Below are positions 31,446 to 40,961 of a stretch of 64,000 nucleotides of DNA, piece by piece. This stretch comes from a virus (Duplodnaviria > Caudoviricetes): positions 32,001 through 96,000 of IMG/VR virus record IMGVR_UViG_3300021255_003843, one strand, 5' to 3'. Position numbers and translations under genes: made by a program. Position 1 is the first letter of the stretch. Every line of letters begins with the position of its first letter. The notes under the pieces are model-generated. The model worked only from the letters and a program-made list of their open reading frames with translations, did no database searches and was not told the DNA's origin.

Positions 31446-31493
31446 CGAAATGTACGGGTATATTATAATATTATAATGTTCCCGTACATTTCG
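31446..31493. repeat. 48-bp near-perfect loopless palindrome
   Basis: CGAAATGTACGGGTATATTATAAT|ATTATAATGTTCCCGTACATTTCG; 2 mismatches between arms. Confidence 0.85.
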
Positions 31494-31508
31494 CTAAGGG
31501 ACAATTAA

Positions 31509-31550
31509 ACGTGTCGCCTCCGCGCATTCAAACGCGGAGGCGACACATGT
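31509..31550 (-). terminator. Hairpin terminator
   Basis: GTGTCGCCTCCGCG...CGCGGAGGCGACAC right after the stop of 31553..31789. Confidence 0.6.
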
Positions 31551-31552
31551 TT

Positions 31553-31789
31553 TTACATTTTGCCTTCGTAAATGGCAGTAACAATGTTACCTTCATCAGG
31601 ACGCGTCGCAGCATTATCCGCCAGCTTAGCCGCCACAAAAGGATTAGGCATATTCAATTCAGCCAACGCAATTGCTGCATTAAGGAATCGACCATACGAA
31701 GACTTCTTGTCTACGCCGCCTTTCAGATATTTAGCGTAATTGAAAACCATACGATCGTAATAATAGTATGCACTGTTCTGATTATCCAT
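31553..31789 (-). CDS. Hypothetical protein
   Basis: ORF with AAGGAG RBS. Confidence 0.65.
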   Translation of the reverse strand: MDNQNSAYYYYDRMVFNYAKYLKGGVDKKSSYGRFLNAAIALAELNMPNPFVAAKLADNAATRPDEGNIVTAIYEGKM

Positions 31790-31881
31790 AATGAAAACTC
31801 CTTTATAAAAAATATAAAGCCGCCAAGCTTTATTGTGCCTCGTCTGTCGCAGACGTACGGTAGCTCAGTAATGCGTTTGCA

Positions 31882-32217
31882 TCACTGAGCCCAAGACAAA
31901 TCTCCAAGATCTTCTACCTTCGACATGACATTGGCCTTGCCAAGCATGTCTACGAAGCTCTGATTCATCTTCTGCGGCTTTGACATCGGGTTAGCTTCCT
32001 GTATCATTTTCCAACTGTCCTTTGCAAACGCGTTACCAGCATAGTTTACTACTGCGTCGTAATTAACACGCTTGCCCAAAGCCGCCAGGACGCTGTCGAA
32101 AAACGGAATGCTCATATCGTTTATTTTATTCTCATTTGTTTCGCCAAGGTAAACCGCGATCATTGCCACGGCTTCGTCAAGGTTTAATGATTCGTTTCCT
32201 TGGCTGCCCGGTTTTTT
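31882..32217 (-). CDS. Tail assembly chaperone C-terminal extension (gpT-like), reached by -1 frameshift
   Basis: The -1 frame is open from the slippery A-AAA-AAC (32217-32211) into ORF 31882..32169, which has no good RBS. Confidence 0.8.
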   Translation of the reverse strand, partial: KKPGSQGNESLNLDEAVAMIAVYLGETNENKINDMSIPFFDSVLAALGKRVNYDAVVNYAGNAFAKDSWKMIQEANPMSKPQKMNQSFVDMLGKANVMSKVEDLGDLSWAQ

Positions 32218-32690
32218 GCCGCCTCTTCTTTCTCGTCTATTTTATTCAGACGTTTGAAGATGCTCAATATCCTTTCAATATCGCCGGTTGTCATTGTGTC
32301 ATACAATCTGGTAACTAACTTGGCGTTGTCAAATACGGCGGTTAAGAAATCAAACACAACCTGATCACCGTCTCGTTCGGGATCTATAACGCCTTTATCC
32401 CACGCCAACACGTCAGTTAACGGATATATTTCTAAGATACGATAAGCGGCAGCTGTACGGTTCCGCTGATACTTTATTTTTGTCGGGTGTATCTCAATCG
32501 TTTCCCCGTTTATTGTAACACAGTTTTCAGGATTGACCTCAGCGGGAGGAGCTCTGTTTAATTCTGTCTCCTTCGGAATCTCCTTCTGTGTTGCGTTCTC
32601 TTTTGGAATTACCTTGCGCTTTTTGTTTGCTGGAGGCGCAGGTATTGTTTCTTGTTCTGATTCTGGAATAGGTTTATCTTCTATTGCCAT
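32184..32690 (-). CDS. Tail assembly chaperone (gpG-like)
   Basis: Follows the major tail protein; ends ...AKNRAAKETNH with a slippery heptamer at K-N. Confidence 0.8.
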   Translation of the reverse strand: MAIEDKPIPESEQETIPAPPANKKRKVIPKENATQKEIPKETELNRAPPAEVNPENCVTINGETIEIHPTKIKYQRNRTAAAYRILEIYPLTDVLAWDKGVIDPERDGDQVVFDFLTAVFDNAKLVTRLYDTMTTGDIERILSIFKRLNKIDEKEEAAKNRAAKETNH

Positions 32691-32714
32691 CTAAACACCT
32701 TCTTACCTTCAAAT

Positions 32715-32752
32715 AAAAAAAGGGGGAGACTACCTAAATGGTAGTCTCCCCC
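32715..32752 (-). terminator. Rho-independent terminator after major tail protein
   Basis: GGGGGAGACTACC-ATTTA-GGTAGTCTCCCCC + T7 on the minus strand. Confidence 0.8.
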
Positions 32753-32846
32753 GCATACCTTTGCGTACGGCGTATCAACCGTCTATTAGACTACCTTCTG
32801 TTAAACCTTATAAGTCATCGCAATGATATTAAACTAATTCCTTTAA

Positions 32847-33623
32847 TTAGGCAGCGACATACGCCAGGCTGTAAGCCTTGCCATCGTCGCGCTTAGCGTC
32901 CATCGTCGCCCAGGTGACGGCGTTAGTAGCAGCACTCTTGTAGCTGGTATCGAAACCGGGCATCTGGGTTACACGGCAACGGAACACCTTCATGATAACA
33001 TAACCCTTGATAGAGGCATCGGTGCAATCCTCACCAGAATTGTACACAGGCCACTTGAACACGGCTTCACCGATAGCAGAGGTTGCGTTATCGATCATAG
33101 CCACGTTAGCACCGGTCACGGTGTACTCGTAAGAAACTTCAACTTCGCCAGTAACGTCATCAGGCAGAGTAACCTCAGCACCGGACACAGCAAAAGTATC
33201 GGGATCGCCTTCCTTAGAGGCAGCACCGGCGGAAGTACCTTCGACAAGGCCAGCGATAGAAACGGTCTTTTCGATAGGAGTATGAGCCAGAGTGATCTTG
33301 TGGGAAGCAGCGTCAGGAATCAGATGCTCTGTGGTGTAAGTAGTATAGGTCTCGTCGGCCTTGAAGTTCGCACCGTTCGCCAGAGCAAACAGCTCAGCGT
33401 TGAACTGACCAGAGGTCATAGAGATTTCCATGGTAGATTGACCAGGGAGATACGCCACGGGAAACAGAGACCAACCAGCGTTCACTTCGGTGTACTGGAC
33501 GTTAGGGGAAGCGTTGGCTTGGGTGATTTCGTCGAAATAGAAAATACGGCCATCGCAGCGCTTAAACCAAACGCGCGGAACGTCGGCAATATAACCTTTA
33601 TAAGCGGCAACATATGTGCTCAT
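32847..33623 (-). CDS. Major tail (tube) protein
   Basis: Between neck genes and chaperones; followed by a terminator; size and composition fit. Confidence 0.75.
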   Translation of the reverse strand: MSTYVAAYKGYIADVPRVWFKRCDGRIFYFDEITQANASPNVQYTEVNAGWSLFPVAYLPGQSTMEISMTSGQFNAELFALANGANFKADETYTTYTTEHLIPDAASHKITLAHTPIEKTVSIAGLVEGTSAGAASKEGDPDTFAVSGAEVTLPDDVTGEVEVSYEYTVTGANVAMIDNATSAIGEAVFKWPVYNSGEDCTDASIKGYVIMKVFRCRVTQMPGFDTSYKSAATNAVTWATMDAKRDDGKAYSLAYVAA

Positions 33624-33707
33624 ATGAAGCACCTCTTTCTTGAATGTTTTTATATTCTCACCTTAGATACCTCCTACGTACTAAGATGGAAATATCAAAC
33701 CAGCGGG

Positions 33708-34175
33708 TCAATATACCCGCATGAAGCTAAAGCTGATGCCATATCTCGTATACCCGATCGTACGGGTACCAAGCTCGCCTTCTGTAACGATCCTGAATTT
33801 ATAACCTGTGCCGGCTATAAAATCATTTTTATTCAGAAGTTGATTGAGTCTGTCGGCAATCAGCACTGTACGATAAAGCAACCTGTCCCTATCTGCGTTA
33901 TGCAGATGTTCTTTCTTGACATAGATGTCAAAGTTTAACAGGTTGCGTTTGACATCAGGCACACCAGTGTCATCATTATTGATGAATCCGTATATAATAC
34001 GAACCTTCTCGTTTTCAACGAGATCGTTTGTATAGCTGGCCCTGATAAAGTATTTGTCAATGAAGGTGATGATATCAGTACCTTCAGGCAACAGCATAAG
34101 TTCTTTTAACCGTTCGTCAGCAAAAAAGACCTTGCGCAGAATAGTGTTCCATTCATTGACCCACGCCGAAGGCAT
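33708..34175 (-). CDS. Putative tail terminator/completion protein
   Basis: Immediately upstream of the tail tube gene; FDIYV...IADRLNQLL pattern. Confidence 0.55.
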   Translation of the reverse strand: MPSAWVNEWNTILRKVFFADERLKELMLLPEGTDIITFIDKYFIRASYTNDLVENEKVRIIYGFINNDDTGVPDVKRNLLNFDIYVKKEHLHNADRDRLLYRTVLIADRLNQLLNKNDFIAGTGYKFRIVTEGELGTRTIGYTRYGISFSFMRVY

Positions 34176-34179
34176 AACA

Positions 34180-34440
34180 TCACGTCCTTCTCTTTAGTGC
34201 GTTTTGAAAATAAATATCTCGGGCTAAATGTTTGTACCAATCATTTAGATCCCCGAGATCGAAAGATATTTGAAACTCGCTGTTGCTTGTCTCTTCGACA
34301 GTAACCGAGATTTCTGAAAGGTCAATACCTTCCACCATTGCGTCATACTTAATAAGCGCATCGATTTCTTCCGCTTGTTCACTGACCTTCTGTCGAATCA
34401 TCTGCATCATTTTGTCTTCAAGACTTCCGGCGTCAACCAT
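34180..34440 (-). CDS. Hypothetical neck-region protein
   Basis: ORF coupled to its neighbours. Confidence 0.6.
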   Translation of the reverse strand: MVDAGSLEDKMMQMIRQKVSEQAEEIDALIKYDAMVEGIDLSEISVTVEETSNSEFQISFDLGDLNDWYKHLARDIYFQNALKRRT

Positions 34441-35162
34441 TACTCGATACCTCCAGCAGCCTTCTTAGCTTGCAGAGTGATGCAGCCAAACTTGTCATCG
34501 ATACCGAGGCCGATGCGGTTCACGTCAACGATTTCATAATACTCATTACCCCAGAGAAATCTGTCGCCGATGCGTATGTTCTTGGATTGTTCGTTATACT
34601 GAACCGTCATAAGCGTCAAAGCGTTCGGCGTAACACCTGGCGTTGCAGCAATAGCAGAGTATTCCGGCCTGCCGTCATAACGGTAAGCGTTCGACGGCAG
34701 GCGGTCGACAATCTTCTTCCAGCCTTCTTCTTGAATTAGATAACCATCCGCATCTGTAAGCTCATGCACAAATCTCTCGACCGTCAGATACATGTTGCAA
34801 CGTAAAGCCCGCGAAGGCAGATTGTTACTTTGTTTGTGTACTTCCCAGTCAAGAATATAGATGATGTTATTTTCGTCAATGAGGATATCGCCTTTCGTCA
34901 CGCCGCTATTAATATCGCAACGGATATTCATATTGTTATCCGTATTTGTGTAGCGGCTTTTAGACGTGTCCGGATACAGCTCTCCACGGACAATCGTTTC
35001 CTTATATCCATCTTCAAATTGATCGTACCAATTATGGTACAGTTTGAAGTTCATAACAGTGTTCGGGATATCGTTATCTAAGAACTCGGTGAAATCAGAA
35101 GCCAGCGTCGGCGGGACATAAAAGCGTCTGTTTGTACCAGACGGCACATACGGCTTAGACAT
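34440..35162 (-). CDS. Putative head-closure/neck protein
   Basis: Position; GD.L...Y...RCN and I.IGDRF...Y.I.DV beta-barrel-type repeats. Confidence 0.55.
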   Translation of the reverse strand: MSKPYVPSGTNRRFYVPPTLASDFTEFLDNDIPNTVMNFKLYHNWYDQFEDGYKETIVRGELYPDTSKSRYTNTDNNMNIRCDINSGVTKGDILIDENNIIYILDWEVHKQSNNLPSRALRCNMYLTVERFVHELTDADGYLIQEEGWKKIVDRLPSNAYRYDGRPEYSAIAATPGVTPNALTLMTVQYNEQSKNIRIGDRFLWGNEYYEIVDVNRIGLGIDDKFGCITLQAKKAAGGIE

Positions 35163-35174
35163 AAACAGCCCTCC

Positions 35175-35519
35175 TTACTTCGAGGCGCTGTCAATCATTT
35201 CCGCTATCACTTCTGAAAGCTTCATGTCTGCACAAGACACGCCTTTATAGTGTAAAGTTTTAGGAAGCCGCGCAATTGAGTTAGCAACATCAAGCAGTTT
35301 ATGCCGAATCTTATTAAAGCCCTGTATAGACTCTTCGCTCCACTCGCTCTTCTGCTTTCCTTCCTCAAACTTATAATATGCGTCCTCTACATCGAGGATG
35401 AGCCGCTTGATTTCTAACTCAAGCATATTCGTATATTCAAAAAACGTATATGTCTTTTGATTGATGTGTTCCATATTCTTATTGAGATAATCAATAAGAA
35501 CAGTAAAGTCCTTGTTCAT
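35175..35519 (-). CDS. Hypothetical protein
   Basis: ORF within the structural operon. Confidence 0.65.
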   Translation of the reverse strand: MNKDFTVLIDYLNKNMEHINQKTYTFFEYTNMLELEIKRLILDVEDAYYKFEEGKQKSEWSEESIQGFNKIRHKLLDVANSIARLPKTLHYKGVSCADMKLSEVIAEMIDSASK

Positions 35520-35549
35520 TTACCTTTACCTCTATCCTTATAATGGTCG

Positions 35550-36599
35550 TTAACGGCCGTAGATTTTAATCTTCGTGTTTTTGCCAAAGTTGTTGGTGTT
35601 ATAAGAAAGAACGATACGATTGACAACAGCAGGCGGATTGTCAGAACCATTCCAGTTGCTATAAGCAAGCTGACCAACGGCAGTGCCGACACCGCTCGCT
35701 GTTTCGTACCTTGCAGTTTTCACTCGCGTTTCTACAAGCCAACGATTCGGCGCGATCTGTTTAGCATAGATGTCGCCATACGTAATGCGGTCAGTGTATA
35801 TAGAATGGTTGGCACTGATTAAGACATTTGTTGCGCTGTCGGATGAACCTATTGAAACATTGAAACGGCTCGCTTTATCAGTCGCCGCAGGTTCAAAATT
35901 TGTTTCAATATAGAAACCGCTTGCGATATTCAGAGGCTTGCCAGTGCTGTCTTGACTAATAATAATAGACGACACATCTTCTGTCAGAGTGATCTCATTC
36001 AGCAGCGGCATCGGAGTGTCACCGTCTCCAGTGATAATTGTATCTCCGCCGCCGGAAGACACAGTGGTCCAGTAGTTGACACCTTGACCGTTTGTTGCAA
36101 GAACTTGTCCGGCAATACCGGGACGAGCCGGCGCGTCAAGCTTGCCGCTGATGTCGATCGTAGAGCCGGATCCATCCGTGTGCACTTCGGGCGCATACAG
36201 TGTCTGCGTATTGTTGCCGACCTTAATCGTAGCAATACGAGTACCGCTCGTCTGTACAGGCGTCACGGTAACAGTTTCAGAGTTCGGCGCAAAGATAGAC
36301 TTGGTTTCACTGCCGATCTTGATGTTCGCAATACGAGTACCACTATCAACCAGAGTAGTTACAGTTACTTTCTCAGCTTCAGGAATTTCAACAGCCGGCG
36401 CATAAAGCGGAGTGCGCTTTGTGCCAACCGTAACGCCGCCGATTTCAGTACCGGACTTAACGACCTGGTCGACCTTAATAGTAGCGACGTTGCCTTCTTC
36501 ATCTTTGCCGATGCCGCTATCTTCGATCTCGTCAAGACGTTGCTTCAACTGCAGCATATATAACGCTGATGCGTTATCGTCTACGATAATTCTTTCCAT
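35550..36599 (-). CDS. Putative neck/head fibre with three SGT.I..I.VG....LYAP repeats
   Basis: Three related ~30-aa repeats, then a GQVLATNGQG..W fibre motif. Confidence 0.6.
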   Translation of the reverse strand: MERIIVDDNASALYMLQLKQRLDEIEDSGIGKDEEGNVATIKVDQVVKSGTEIGGVTVGTKRTPLYAPAVEIPEAEKVTVTTLVDSGTRIANIKIGSETKSIFAPNSETVTVTPVQTSGTRIATIKVGNNTQTLYAPEVHTDGSGSTIDISGKLDAPARPGIAGQVLATNGQGVNYWTTVSSGGGDTIITGDGDTPMPLLNEITLTEDVSSIIISQDSTGKPLNIASGFYIETNFEPAATDKASRFNVSIGSSDSATNVLISANHSIYTDRITYGDIYAKQIAPNRWLVETRVKTARYETASGVGTAVGQLAYSNWNGSDNPPAVVNRIVLSYNTNNFGKNTKIKIYGR

Positions 36600-36613
36600 A
36601 AGAATTCCACCTT

Positions 36614-37042
36614 TCAGTTTGTTAAACAGGCAAACCTGCTCATTTTAAAAAAGACAATTCTCCGCTCGTTTTCAAGCTGACCAATCGTATCCTGCAAATG
36701 AGCATAAGGTTTATCCGCAGACGTAACGGTCAGAGCGTCCGTGCTGTAACTGACAATGTTATTAACGTCAGATTGCACTCTTTTGAAAAAGTTAATTTTT
36801 GCGACGAGCAATATATACTTCTCTTCGTCTATTTCAAAATCATAATTAAAAACGTCTTCACCGTATTCGTTCTTTGTCAGATACTCTTTCTTATATTCGA
36901 AGGTTCGACCTGTATCTATGAACAGCGTTTTTATCGCGCTGATAATAAAGCGCTGGTAATCATAGTCCGTCAATATTTCCGGCGTCCTTTGCCATGCCGT
37001 TGCTTCCTTCAGCTCGTCGATAAAATCAGATAATAGTGTCAC
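36614..37042 (-). CDS. Putative head-tail adaptor
   Basis: Position after capsid genes; helical, ~140 aa; AGGAGG RBS. Confidence 0.55.
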   Translation of the reverse strand: MTLLSDFIDELKEATAWQRTPEILTDYDYQRFIISAIKTLFIDTGRTFEYKKEYLTKNEYGEDVFNYDFEIDEEKYILLVAKINFFKRVQSDVNNIVSYSTDALTVTSADKPYAHLQDTIGQLENERRIVFFKMSRFACLTN

Positions 37043-37063
37043 AAGCCTCACCTCCTGTTTCGG

Positions 37064-37507
37064 TTAGCCCTCTAGCCAATCCTTATTCGGTATCTTATTA
37101 TTCAGGATCTTCAGCTTGCTGGCGGGCAGATCCATACCCATTGCCACTTTATAAATAGCATGCAGCTCTTCGGGATCGGAAATAGAATCAAGCCATTCTT
37201 CAACCTTGCGAGCAGGTCCCTTGAGCGCAGCAGTGATTTCAGCGTCATTCAGATGCTTCTCGGCATCAGGATCTTCATAGATCAAAAACTTTTCGAGAGG
37301 AACGTCGTTGCCCTGATCATCGACAGGGACAAGCATCTTCTGAGAAAAGAACTTCTTGTTAGCGCAGAGCCCTTCGATAGAAGCGATTTCGTCAGAAGTA
37401 AGCATAACAAAATTACCCGTCTTAACATTGACGGACTGGTTGTTCGGCTTCATTACGCCGATATCATATTTGCAACGATTATATACACGATAATATTCTT
37501 GCGTCAT
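37064..37507 (-). CDS. Hypothetical protein downstream of major capsid
   Basis: ORF with RBS. Confidence 0.7.
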   Translation of the reverse strand: MTQEYYRVYNRCKYDIGVMKPNNQSVNVKTGNFVMLTSDEIASIEGLCANKKFFSQKMLVPVDDQGNDVPLEKFLIYEDPDAEKHLNDAEITAALKGPARKVEEWLDSISDPEELHAIYKVAMGMDLPASKLKILNNKIPNKDWLEG

Positions 37508-37529
37508 AACCTTATCCCTTTCTTGATAA

Positions 37530-37561
37530 GCGGAGCTGCCGCATCAAAGCGGCAGCTCCGC
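37530..37561 (-). terminator. Terminator after major capsid gene
   Basis: GCGGAGCTGCCGC-N6-GCGGCAGCTCCGC. Confidence 0.7.
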
Positions 37562-37567
37562 GCTTTA

Positions 37568-38572
37568 TTAGTTGATCTTATAAGCGCCGATCGTGGGCAC
37601 CTTGCCAACCACGAAGCCCGCACCGAACCACTGGTCCAGACGGATTTCGTAAACTAGGTCGTCAATATTCTGGGACTCGAACGCCTGCACAGTGCCTTCG
37701 TTCACAACCTTCAGGTTGCGCATATCAGCAGAGATGCTGCCGGGCAGCAGGTACAGGTAATCGATCGCCAGGGTCGGGGTCACGCCATCATCCTGCAGAC
37801 TGTTCTGCATCTGGATAACGTCGCAGCCATTGTAACGGCCAAGCAGACCGTTGTCGTTATACTCGTCGATCATCTTATCGGACGGATTCACGATCATCGC
37901 GCCGCCAGCATAAGAAGCCATGCCGGTGATGCCAGCCAGCTGACCAACAGCAGCGGCGTCGCCGAGAATGGTCACACGGCCAAGACGCTTGAAGTGAGCC
38001 AGCTGCTCGTCGAGAGTAGCCTTCACAATACCAGTGCCGGTCGCATAGAACGGCTTCTGGTAATCATCGATCGCGTTGTGCAGCACGTTTTCGATGTGCT
38101 TCAGCTTCATGTTGGTCATTTCGCGGTTCGCTTCGCGAACGAGATCGGGCATATTCACACGGCCAGTGCGCAGGTCGAGGATATTGATGGCCGGACGAGC
38201 GGAAATCTCCATGGTCTCCAGCATGACCTGACGATCAGCCACGTAGCTGCGCGGCGTGGTAGAACCCTTGGCCTGGATAACGGCCTTAATATTGCCGGTC
38301 TTCACATTAAACGCGGCCTTGTCGCCGTAACCAATGTTCTTGATATCAGCAACGTTGTTCAGGAAATCCAGTTCACCCTGCTGCAGTTCGTTCACGGTAA
38401 ACGCGATCGTCTGCGCCAGCTGGTGACGGTTAGTGGGATTAGGATCTTTTACGAGCTCAGAAATAATCTGGTTCGCTTCGTCGATCTGAGCGCCATCAAC
38501 ACGCTCGTTGCGGGCCTGCGCGGCCAGCACCTTTACAAACCCAGAGTTGGGCTTAACAATAATTTCACTCAT
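37568..38572 (-). CDS. Major capsid protein (HK97 fold likely)
   Basis: 334 aa after protease and decoration genes; G.LGRYNG..V motif; followed by a terminator. Confidence 0.8.
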   Translation of the reverse strand: MSEIIVKPNSGFVKVLAAQARNERVDGAQIDEANQIISELVKDPNPTNRHQLAQTIAFTVNELQQGELDFLNNVADIKNIGYGDKAAFNVKTGNIKAVIQAKGSTTPRSYVADRQVMLETMEISARPAINILDLRTGRVNMPDLVREANREMTNMKLKHIENVLHNAIDDYQKPFYATGTGIVKATLDEQLAHFKRLGRVTILGDAAAVGQLAGITGMASYAGGAMIVNPSDKMIDEYNDNGLLGRYNGCDVIQMQNSLQDDGVTPTLAIDYLYLLPGSISADMRNLKVVNEGTVQAFESQNIDDLVYEIRLDQWFGAGFVVGKVPTIGAYKIN

Positions 38573-38594
38573 AGTCTTTCACCTCTCAGCCTTA

Positions 38595-39029
38595 TTAACC
38601 GATCGTGCCGTCGGCCTTGACGGTGTACTCGGTACCAGCCACAGGGGTGCCAGTAACCTTGTCGGTCACAAACTCTTCGCCGACCAGCAGCGGATGAGCA
38701 CGCAGATACGCGTCGGCCTTAGTGGCATAAGCGCGGGTGTCATACTCCTGCTCGCCGCCAACGTTCAGCTCAAAGCCGTTCTCGACGAGATACAGGGGAT
38801 CACCGATCGCCTTCACGATAAAACGATAGACGGGAACGCCACCATAGATAGAAGTAGCTTCCTTGCAAATAAACTTAGTAGCAGCATTAGCCGCCGGCAG
38901 TACAAACTTGCCAGCGTCAGAGCCGGTGCCAACCGCAACCAGCGCGCCGTTCTCAATGGCAGCGCCAGTGCCGTTTGTGAGTTCACCCTCATAAACGTAG
39001 CCCTGAAGCTTCGTCATGTAACCAGCCAT
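38595..39029 (-). CDS. Capsid decoration/cement protein
   Basis: IENG.LV motif; between scaffold and MCP. Confidence 0.6.
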   Translation of the reverse strand: MAGYMTKLQGYVYEGELTNGTGAAIENGALVAVGTGSDAGKFVLPAANAATKFICKEATSIYGGVPVYRFIVKAIGDPLYLVENGFELNVGGEQEYDTRAYATKADAYLRAHPLLVGEEFVTDKVTGTPVAGTEYTVKADGTIG

Positions 39030-39095
39030 GATTTATCCCTCCAAATACAGAAAGCCGCCGGTTAAGCCCGGCGGCGCTTTTGTTTTATTTTATTC

Positions 39096-40244
39096 TCACA
39101 CGGGGTCGAGCAGCGAGTAATGCTCCCGGCTCACATGTTCCTGCTCATCAAGCAGGGTATATTTCTTAGGCTGATTAATTTCAGCCATAAAAGGATTGAC
39201 ACTCTCAGAGAGCTTCTTCTCCTGCTCGGCAAAAAGCTTACGGATATCTTCGACACTCGTCTGCATTTCAGCCAGTTCCTTGCGGAGTTCGGCAATAGCA
39301 TTCTGAAGGGACGCAACTTCCTTATCTTCTTCGTCCTCTTCTTTCTCTTCTTCTTCGGTCTGTTCAGCAACCTGCTCTTCAGCGGTCGCCTTTTCTTCCT
39401 CCGCAGTAGTGCGCGTAGTCGTCTCAACTACAACACGCTGCTCTGCGGAATCACCAGTATCAGTGTCATACGCGCAAGTTTCATTAATTTCAGTGTGAGT
39501 TTCTGTCACATAAACTTCAGCGTTTTCCTTATTCTCTTCAGCCTGAACGTTTTCTTCGGGCTTTACCTCGGCAGTTTCCTGCTGAGTTTCATTTTCCGCC
39601 GCCGTCTTAACTTCTGTCTCGGCGACGACAGTTTCTTCGTTCGGCATATGTTCTGCCTCCTTCGTTAGATCTTTGTTACAGGCTTCAATCTCAGCCACGA
39701 GCTGCAACGCCACAGCTTCAGGACACGCAGGGAAAGACACAACGCACATACCTTCGAGGTAGTTGCCTTCAGCCTTGTCAATAAGAATCGTCTTATCTTC
39801 AAGCTCTTCGTAACTGCCGCAATTAATTTCAAAGCTGAACTTCAAAGCGCCTTCAGCAAATAACTCGCTGATCGCCTTGCATACAGCTTTATTGCGTTTA
39901 AGAATTCTCGCGTATCCAACAAGAGCTTCGCTTCCGTCTTCGTTGGCGACAACTTCAAACTTATAGAAGCTGCCGATCATCGAGGTAGAAAACGTTCCGG
40001 TCACAGCGTTGTAACAATGACCAAGCTTTTCGTATTGACCATTTGCCAAATTTTTTACATCTGCGCAAAGAGGCAGGCCAATATACTTTTCCTGATTCTC
40101 TACGATCTCACTAAGGAAATCGTGTGTGCAGCGCACGCCGTTCAGGTTCGCTTCAGGAACTGTGAACAGCGTAGCTTTTACTGTCATATACAAATCAGAA
40201 CTTTGCAGCTCGGAGGCAGATGCAATAAAAGTCTTAATGAGCAT
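39096..40244 (-). CDS. Prohead protease with acidic scaffold C-terminus
   Basis: NLNG...GH...IG...FSFEI...G.CVV..PA; Glu-rich tail plus coiled coil. Confidence 0.75.
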   Translation of the reverse strand: MLIKTFIASASELQSSDLYMTVKATLFTVPEANLNGVRCTHDFLSEIVENQEKYIGLPLCADVKNLANGQYEKLGHCYNAVTGTFSTSMIGSFYKFEVVANEDGSEALVGYARILKRNKAVCKAISELFAEGALKFSFEINCGSYEELEDKTILIDKAEGNYLEGMCVVSFPACPEAVALQLVAEIEACNKDLTKEAEHMPNEETVVAETEVKTAAENETQQETAEVKPEENVQAEENKENAEVYVTETHTEINETCAYDTDTGDSAEQRVVVETTTRTTAEEEKATAEEQVAEQTEEEEKEEDEEDKEVASLQNAIAELRKELAEMQTSVEDIRKLFAEQEKKLSESVNPFMAEINQPKKYTLLDEQEHVSREHYSLLDPV

Positions 40245-40375
40245 ATTGCATTTCTCCTTTATGCTTACACATACAGCAGTAGGAGGATACTCTATGTGTT
40301 TGCACAGATATATACAAAGACACCGTCATTTTCAGACGGCGTCGATGTAACAAATATTATACAGTTTTCGTGACA

Positions 40376-40777
40376 TCAAGACACTTCTTCCCAGCCATAC
40401 ACGCCAGGTTCCCATGAGTTGTTGTCAGCAATGCATATCCAAATCTTGCCATTGTGCGCGACCTTGTCGCCCTTCTGGTATGTGTTTGTGCTGTCAGGCT
40501 GTTCCCATTCATGGATTACGTCAGGATCCGGTATAAGAACTTTAGCAAACAAAGACGGAGCTTCCGGAGGAGTCCATGAAGACTGAGACGTGTGCGCCTG
40601 AAGCACCTTATACAGAATGCCATCATAACGTACACGTTCACCTACTTCTTTGTATTCATGATTATTCTTCCAACTCGGATATAACTGTATCGCATCTAAA
40701 GCTTCCTCGTCTGTTAAAGACGTGGCAGCTTTTTCGATATATCCGCGCAGCTTCTGCGCTAATTCAACAAGCGTCAT
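40376..40777 (-). CDS. CBM5/12 (ChiC-like) carbohydrate-binding virion protein
   Basis: LYP.W...VGERVRY.G.LYKVLQAHTSQ..WTP...EWEQPDSTN.Y.KGDKV.HNGK.W...N.WEPGVYGW. Confidence 0.8.
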   Translation of the reverse strand: MTLVELAQKLRGYIEKAATSLTDEEALDAIQLYPSWKNNHEYKEVGERVRYDGILYKVLQAHTSQSSWTPPEAPSLFAKVLIPDPDVIHEWEQPDSTNTYQKGDKVAHNGKIWICIADNNSWEPGVYGWEEVS

Positions 40778-40938
40778 TCACTCACCCCCAAAAGGATGCG
40801 CGTAGCTTCTAACTCTTGCTCCAATTCCGCAATGCGATCTTCTAATGTCTTCACGTCGTCGGGTTCGACGATCGCTTCAGCTGCTGCAATCTCAGCCTCT
40901 GTCGCGTCGCGATATGCGCCGTTATCATATATCCTCAT
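40774..40938 (-). CDS. 54-aa coiled-coil protein (ends TRILLGVSE)
   Basis: Below the ORF-track cutoff; GAGGTG RBS; ATGA overlap with the next gene. Confidence 0.7.
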   Translation of the reverse strand: MRIYDNGAYRDATEAEIAAAEAIVEPDDVKTLEDRIAELEQELEATRILLGVSE

Positions 40939-40961
40939 ATGTAACACCTCGTATATTTATT

